Shown here: piece by piece, positions 14,506-18,279 of the stretch
Layout: every line of letters begins with the position of its first letter
Position numbering within the stretch: the first letter of the stretch is position 1
Notes under the pieces: generated by a model
What the model saw: the letters and a program-made list of their open reading frames with translations, nothing else
The model's database searches: none
Told to the model about the DNA's origin: nothing
Made by a program: the position numbers and the translations under genes
Virus record (IMG/VR): IMGVR_UViG_3300031278_000120
Reading direction: 5' to 3' (one strand)
Origin: a virus
Length of the DNA: 18,279 bases

Positions 14506-16096
14506 CCTACCCCTCGGCTCGACCACCCCACGCCTCTACAGCAAGCCCCTGGTCACCGGGCCGCCCGGGCCCTGCGGCTGCGGCTGCGCCCTGACCGACC
14601 AGACGTCCTACGGCTACGACGTCGTCGCGTTCGCCGACCGGGTCCTCGGCGAGCCGCTCGACCCCTGGCAGCGGTGGCTGGCCATCCATGGCGGCGAGCT
14701 CCTGCCCGACGGCCGGCCACGCTGGCGCCGCGTCCTGGTCCTGGTCGCCAGGCAGAACGGCAAGACAACCCTCCTGCGCACCCTCGCCCTGTACTGGCTG
14801 TTCGTCGAACGCGTGAAGCTGATCTTCGGGGTCAGCACGAACCTCGACTACGCCCGGGAGGCCTGGGAATCGTGCGTCCAGCGCGCCGAGGCCCACCGGC
14901 TGTTCAAACCGCTGATCCCTCGCCGCGGCGGGATCCGCCGCGTCAACGGCGAGCAGACCCTCACCACCGCCGAGGGCTGCCGCTACCGGATCGGCGCGTC
15001 CAACCGGAAAGGCGGCCGGTCCCTGTCGATCGACCGGCTGATCGCCGACGAACTGCGCGAGCAGACCACGTGGGTGTCGTACAACGCCGCGTACAACGCG
15101 CTGCAGGCCCGCCGCCACGGGCAGGCCTGGTTCATCACCAACCAGGGCGACGATTCCTCGGTCGTGCTCAACTCCCTGCGCCGCGACGCGCTCAAGTCCG
15201 CCGACCCCCGGCTGGGCATCTTCGAGTGGTCCGGGCCCGACGGCTGCGACCTCGACGACCCCCAGGCGCTCGCCGCCGCCAACCCGAACCTGGGCCGGCG
15301 GATCGCCTGGGAGGACCTGCTCGGTCCGGCCCGCGCGGCGATGGCCGCCGAGGCCGCCGGCGAGCCCGAGGCCGCCATCGGATTCAGAACCGAGGTCCTC
15401 TGCCAACGGGTCGTCCTCCTCGACCCCGCCATCGACCCCGCCTCATGGGCGCGGTGCCTGGACCCCGGGTCCCTCGCCGACCTGCGGACCCGCCTGGCCG
15501 TCGTCATCGACGCCGCCCCCGACGGCGGCCACGTCACCGCCTACGCCGCCGCCGTCCTCGACGACGGCCGGGTCCGCGTCGACCCCGTGCAGGCCTGGTC
15601 CGGCCGCGGCTGCATCGACACCGCCGAACGGGCCCTGCCCGACCTGCTCGCCCAGGTGCGCCCGCGCAGCCTCGGGTGGTTCCCCACCGGCCCCGGCGCG
15701 GCCCTGGCCGCCAAGCTGCGCGACCGCAAGCAACGCGGCTGGCCCCCACCCGGGGTCAAGATCGAAGAGATCCGCGCCGAGACCGCGGCGGTGTGCATGG
15801 GCTTCGCCGGGCTCGTCGCGGCCGGGCAGATCGCCCACTCCGGGGACGCCCTGCTCGACGCCCACGTCGCGCTCGCCGAGCGCCACCACCGCCCGGGCGA
15901 CACGTGGACGTTCTCCCGCAAAGGCCAGGTCGGCCACGTCGACGCCCTCTACGCCGCGGCCGGCGCCGCCCACCTGGCGCGCACCCTGCCGCCGCCGCCC
16001 GACCCGATCGTCATCACCGCCCGACGCCCCCGTTGCAGCGGGGGGCCGTCTCAGCTGTGCCAGGCCGAAGGGATCCCCACAGAGGAGGGGGCATGA
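14441..16096 (+). CDS. Terminase large subunit (about 551 aa). Alternative starts are GTG 14429, 14483 and 14486.
   Basis: Walker A-like ARQNGKTT (GKT codons at 14758-14766) and Walker B-like LIADEL. DPWQRW motif. Size and position fit. GGAGG (14425-14429) lies 11 nt before ATG 14441. Confidence 0.9.
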   Translation: MTPPPSRSPTSALAVVPTPTGDLPLGSTTPRLYSKPLVTGPPGPCGCGCALTDQTSYGYDVVAFADRVLGEPLDPWQRWLAIHGGELLPDGRPRWRRVLVLVARQNGKTTLLRTLALYWLFVERVKLIFGVSTNLDYAREAWESCVQRAEAHRLFKPLIPRRGGIRRVNGEQTLTTAEGCRYRIGASNRKGGRSLSIDRLIADELREQTTWVSYNAAYNALQARRHGQAWFITNQGDDSSVVLNSLRRDALKSADPRLGIFEWSGPDGCDLDDPQALAAANPNLGRRIAWEDLLGPARAAMAAEAAGEPEAAIGFRTEVLCQRVVLLDPAIDPASWARCLDPGSLADLRTRLAVVIDAAPDGGHVTAYAAAVLDDGRVRVDPVQAWSGRGCIDTAERALPDLLAQVRPRSLGWFPTGPGAALAAKLRDRKQRGWPPPGVKIEEIRAETAAVCMGFAGLVAAGQIAHSGDALLDAHVALAERHHRPGDTWTFSRKGQVGHVDALYAAAGAAHLARTLPPPPDPIVITARRPRCSGGPSQLCQAEGIPTEEGA

Positions 16097-16395
16097 CCGC
16101 CGTCGAGGTTCACGAGAATGAGGGCTGGGCCGCCGTCTATCTGGACGGCGCCCTCCAGCGGGTAGGCGACAGCTACCTGGCCGACGAGTGGATACGCGAG
16201 CACTTCGGGGTGGTGACGGTCCAGGACGACGCCTTCATGCGGGGCAGCACCCTCCGGGACGACACGGCCCAGACACTGGACGAGGTCCAGGAGTACGCCG
16301 CCGCCCGGGAAGCCCGGCGACGGGTGGCGGCCGAGAAGCGGGCCGAGGCGCAACGGCTGTTGAGCGAAGCGCAGGCACTGGACAGTCAGGGCTGA
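16093..16395 (+). CDS. Hypothetical protein (100 aa) with a charged helical C-terminus.
   Basis: ATGA overlap with the large terminase, and AGAGGAGGGG upstream. GC3-rich. It is the real C-terminal segment of the spurious-looking track ORF 14674..16395. Confidence 0.65.
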   Translation: MTAVEVHENEGWAAVYLDGALQRVGDSYLADEWIREHFGVVTVQDDAFMRGSTLRDDTAQTLDEVQEYAAAREARRRVAAEKRAEAQRLLSEAQALDSQG

Positions 16396-16446
16396 TCCGT
16401 GCGATAGAGGCTGCCCCCGGCCAGGCCACGGGCTTACCCTTGCCGC

Positions 16447-18279
16447 ATGGGGCTGCTGAGCCGGCTGCGGTTCGCCAGGGACGTGTTCACCCGCGGCGAT
16501 CCCCGGCGGCAGGAGTTCAGCTGGGCGGTCGGGCACACCCCGTGGCCGGGATCCTGGCAGCACCTCGGGCAGCCGGTGTGGACGGCCGGGTCGGTGTCCC
16601 GCGCCGACGCCCTGCAGGTCCCCTCGGTGCTGCGCGGGCGCAACCTGCTGTGCTCCATCGCCGCCCTGCCGCTGCAGCTGCTCGACCCCGAGCGGGTCCG
16701 GATCCGCACCGGGGACTCCGCGGCCCGGCTGCTCACCCAGATCGACCCGAACACCGCCAACGTGACGACCATCGCGCAGACCATCGAAGACCTTGTCTTC
16801 GAGTCGGTCTCCTGGTGGGAGATCCTCGGGTTCGGCTGGGACGGCTACCCGGTGTCGGCCCGCCACGTCGACACGAGCGTCGTCACCCTCAACCCGCCGC
16901 CCGGGTACCGGATGCAGACCCTGCCGAGCGGCCTGGACCCCAACGGTGTCGTCTGGATCGAAGGCCGGCCCGTCCCCTACCAGCGGGTGATCAGGTTCGA
17001 CTCCCCGAACCCGCCGCTACTGCTGGCCGGCGCCCGCGCCATCCGACGCGCCGCCAAGCTCGCCGCCGCAGCCGAGATGTACGCCGACGACCCCGCCCCC
17101 CGCGGCTACTGGTACGCCCCCGACAGCGTCGACCCGGACCCGGACAAGGTCGCGGAGTTCCTCGACGCCTATGCGGCCGCCCGCCGCGACGGCGTCGAGG
17201 CGTACATGGGTGGGGGACTGCAGCGCAAGTCCGAGGACGTGATGTCCCCGGTCGACCTGCAGCTGGCCGAACTGCAGCAGCAGTCCGACCGGGAGATCGC
17301 CAACCTGATGGGGTTGGCCCCCTCTGACCTCGGGGTCAACTTGCAGGGGTCGGCGATGACCTACGCCAACGTCGTCGACCGGCGCACCGACCGGATCAAC
17401 GACACCTTCGCGCTGTTCATGCGTGCGACCACCGACCGGCTGTCGATGCCCGACATCACCAAACGCGGCTACAGCGTGCGGTTCGACCTCGACGACTACC
17501 TGAAGGCCGACCCGAAGACCAGGTGGGAGAACCACGCCACCGCGATCGAGCGGGGCGTGCTGTCGATCCCGGAGGTCCGCGAGGAGGAGAACCTCCCCGC
17601 CATCCCCGTCGAGCCGGCCATGCCCCCGGCGCGCCCGCCCGTCCCCGCCCCCGGAGGCACCATGAGCCGCGGCACCACCAGTCAGCACTTCGCCGGCACC
17701 GCCGGTGACCCCCTCACCTTCGATGCGCCGCCGGCCGGCACCCACTCCGCCACCTTCGCCGCCGACCCCGGCCGCCGCCGCGTCTCCGGGCTCCTGCTGC
17801 CCTACGGCGTCGTCGGCCGCAACCGTGCCGGCCGCTGGCGGTTCGCCGCCGGCTCCGTGACCTGGGACCGACAGGCGGTCTCCCGGATCAAGCTCGACCG
17901 CGAGCACGACCGCAGCCAGCTGCTCGGCGCGGCCACCGAAGTCCGCTCCAGCTCCACCGGCCTATGGTCCGAGTTCAAGATCGCCCGCGGGGCCAGTCAG
18001 GACGAGGCGCTCGCGCTCGCCGAGGACGGCGTCCTGGACGGCTTCTCCCCGGAGGTCGAGCTCATCGAGTGGGGGCCCGACCCGGCCGACCCGACCGTCA
18101 ACCTGGTCACCCAGGCCCTGCTCGTGCGCGCGGCACTGACCGCCGACCCCGCTTTCACCGATGCCCGGGTCGCCGCCGTCGCGGCGTCCGCGAACGAAGG
18201 GATCACCATGCGCTGCACGTCGTGCGGGTATGACCATGCGGCCGGCACGCCGTGCCCGGTCCAGCTCAACAACCCCACC
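16447..18279 (+). CDS. N-terminal part of the wrap-around ORF: portal protein (codons 1 to about 385), a Pro-rich linker, and an HK97-type (S78) prohead protease (codons about 406-575). There is no stop codon; it continues in frame into nt 2..1489.
   Basis: I translated all 611 codons by hand and found no stop, which is why the ORF track omits it. Portal-like N-terminus: SRADALQVPSVLRGRNLLCSIAALPLQLL. The protease pattern is LLLPYGVVGRN...IKLDREHD (His codon at 17905) ...DGVLDGFSPEVE (Ser codon at 18046, 47 aa after the His) ...ALLVRAALTADPAF. ATG 16447 is the first start after an in-frame TAG at 16405. Confidence 0.85.
   Translation, partial: MGLLSRLRFARDVFTRGDPRRQEFSWAVGHTPWPGSWQHLGQPVWTAGSVSRADALQVPSVLRGRNLLCSIAALPLQLLDPERVRIRTGDSAARLLTQIDPNTANVTTIAQTIEDLVFESVSWWEILGFGWDGYPVSARHVDTSVVTLNPPPGYRMQTLPSGLDPNGVVWIEGRPVPYQRVIRFDSPNPPLLLAGARAIRRAAKLAAAAEMYADDPAPRGYWYAPDSVDPDPDKVAEFLDAYAAARRDGVEAYMGGGLQRKSEDVMSPVDLQLAELQQQSDREIANLMGLAPSDLGVNLQGSAMTYANVVDRRTDRINDTFALFMRATTDRLSMPDITKRGYSVRFDLDDYLKADPKTRWENHATAIERGVLSIPEVREEENLPAIPVEPAMPPARPPVPAPGGTMSRGTTSQHFAGTAGDPLTFDAPPAGTHSATFAADPGRRRVSGLLLPYGVVGRNRAGRWRFAAGSVTWDRQAVSRIKLDREHDRSQLLGAATEVRSSSTGLWSEFKIARGASQDEALALAEDGVLDGFSPEVELIEWGPDPADPTVNLVTQALLVRAALTADPAFTDARVAAVAASANEGITMRCTSCGYDHAAGTPCPVQLNNPT
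18153..18279. repeat. Second copy of the 127-nt terminal overlap (identical to nt 1-127).
   Basis: Direct comparison of the window ends. Confidence 0.95.

Noticed and set aside
14674-16395. Long + strand alternative-frame ORFs: 14674..16395 (573 aa), 16188..17327, 9..821, 100..546, 4612..5217 and 12819..13547 (N-terminal part).
   Set aside because: These are Arg/Pro-rich off-frame translations of the terminase, portal, capsid and tape measure genes. Only the terminal segments that follow a coupled start (16093..16395 and 13197..13547) look coding.
16393-16449. The 100-aa gene (16093..16395) is in the same frame as the portal ORF, suggesting stop-codon read-through into the polyprotein.
   Set aside because: Two in-frame stops (TGA 16393 and TAG 16405) lie between them. 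Double read-through is unlikely, so the frame identity is probably coincidental.
18153-18279. The 127-nt terminal repeat as a genuine phage direct terminal repeat or an LTR-like element.
   Set aside because: It lies inside an in-frame protease-capsid coding region. The genome has an HNH plus terminase module, which points to cos ends elsewhere. The simplest reading is circular-assembly overlap.
1-18279. Integrase or attP, tRNA, CRISPR, toxin-antitoxin, or reverse transcriptase (DGR or retron) elements.
   Set aside because: No ORF translation showed recombinase, RT or toxin-like motifs. No cloverleaf-like or repeat-spacer structures were seen. Absence by eye is not proof and should be confirmed with profile searches.

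Overview
The window is a complete, circularly permuted genome of about 18.15 kb from a small, high-GC (roughly 70% by eye, actinobacterial-type) siphovirus-like tailed phage. Nt 1-127 are repeated exactly at nt 18153-18279, so the unique unit is 18,152 bp. The window is cut inside a gene that continues in frame across the junction. All roughly 30 credible genes are on the + strand and tightly packed, with many ATGA/GTGA/TGATG start-stop overlaps.

Gene order, starting after the junction:
- linker plus HK97-like major capsid module
- head-tail adaptor and a neck protein
- major tail protein
- tail assembly chaperone with a -1 frameshift extension
- a gp10-like protein
- tape measure
- Dit-like, Tal-like and two further tail-tip proteins
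- a small Cys/His protein
- holin, Amidase_2 endolysin and a membrane protein
- an intergenic gap with a promoter-like site
- an early arm: Xis/MerR-like HTH, a winged-HTH initiator-like gene carrying an iteron array, and several small zinc-ribbon, HTH or unknown genes
- HNH endonuclease, a Cys-rich protein, small and large terminase, and a 100-aa protein
- portal fused to prohead protease

I saw no integrase, repressor pair, DNA polymerase, primase, helicase, tRNA or CRISPR.

Main observations:
1. Portal, HK97-type prohead protease, a P/Q/G low-complexity linker and the major capsid protein form one uninterrupted 1064-codon ORF across the circular junction. SD-preceded in-frame internal starts lie at the protease and capsid module boundaries.
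2. An 11-bp iteron array plus palindromes, with 9 copies of the core GGGGGTCGC, is embedded in the winged-HTH gene. This is a likely replication origin.

All functional calls come from reading the translations, motifs and synteny by eye. No database search was possible.
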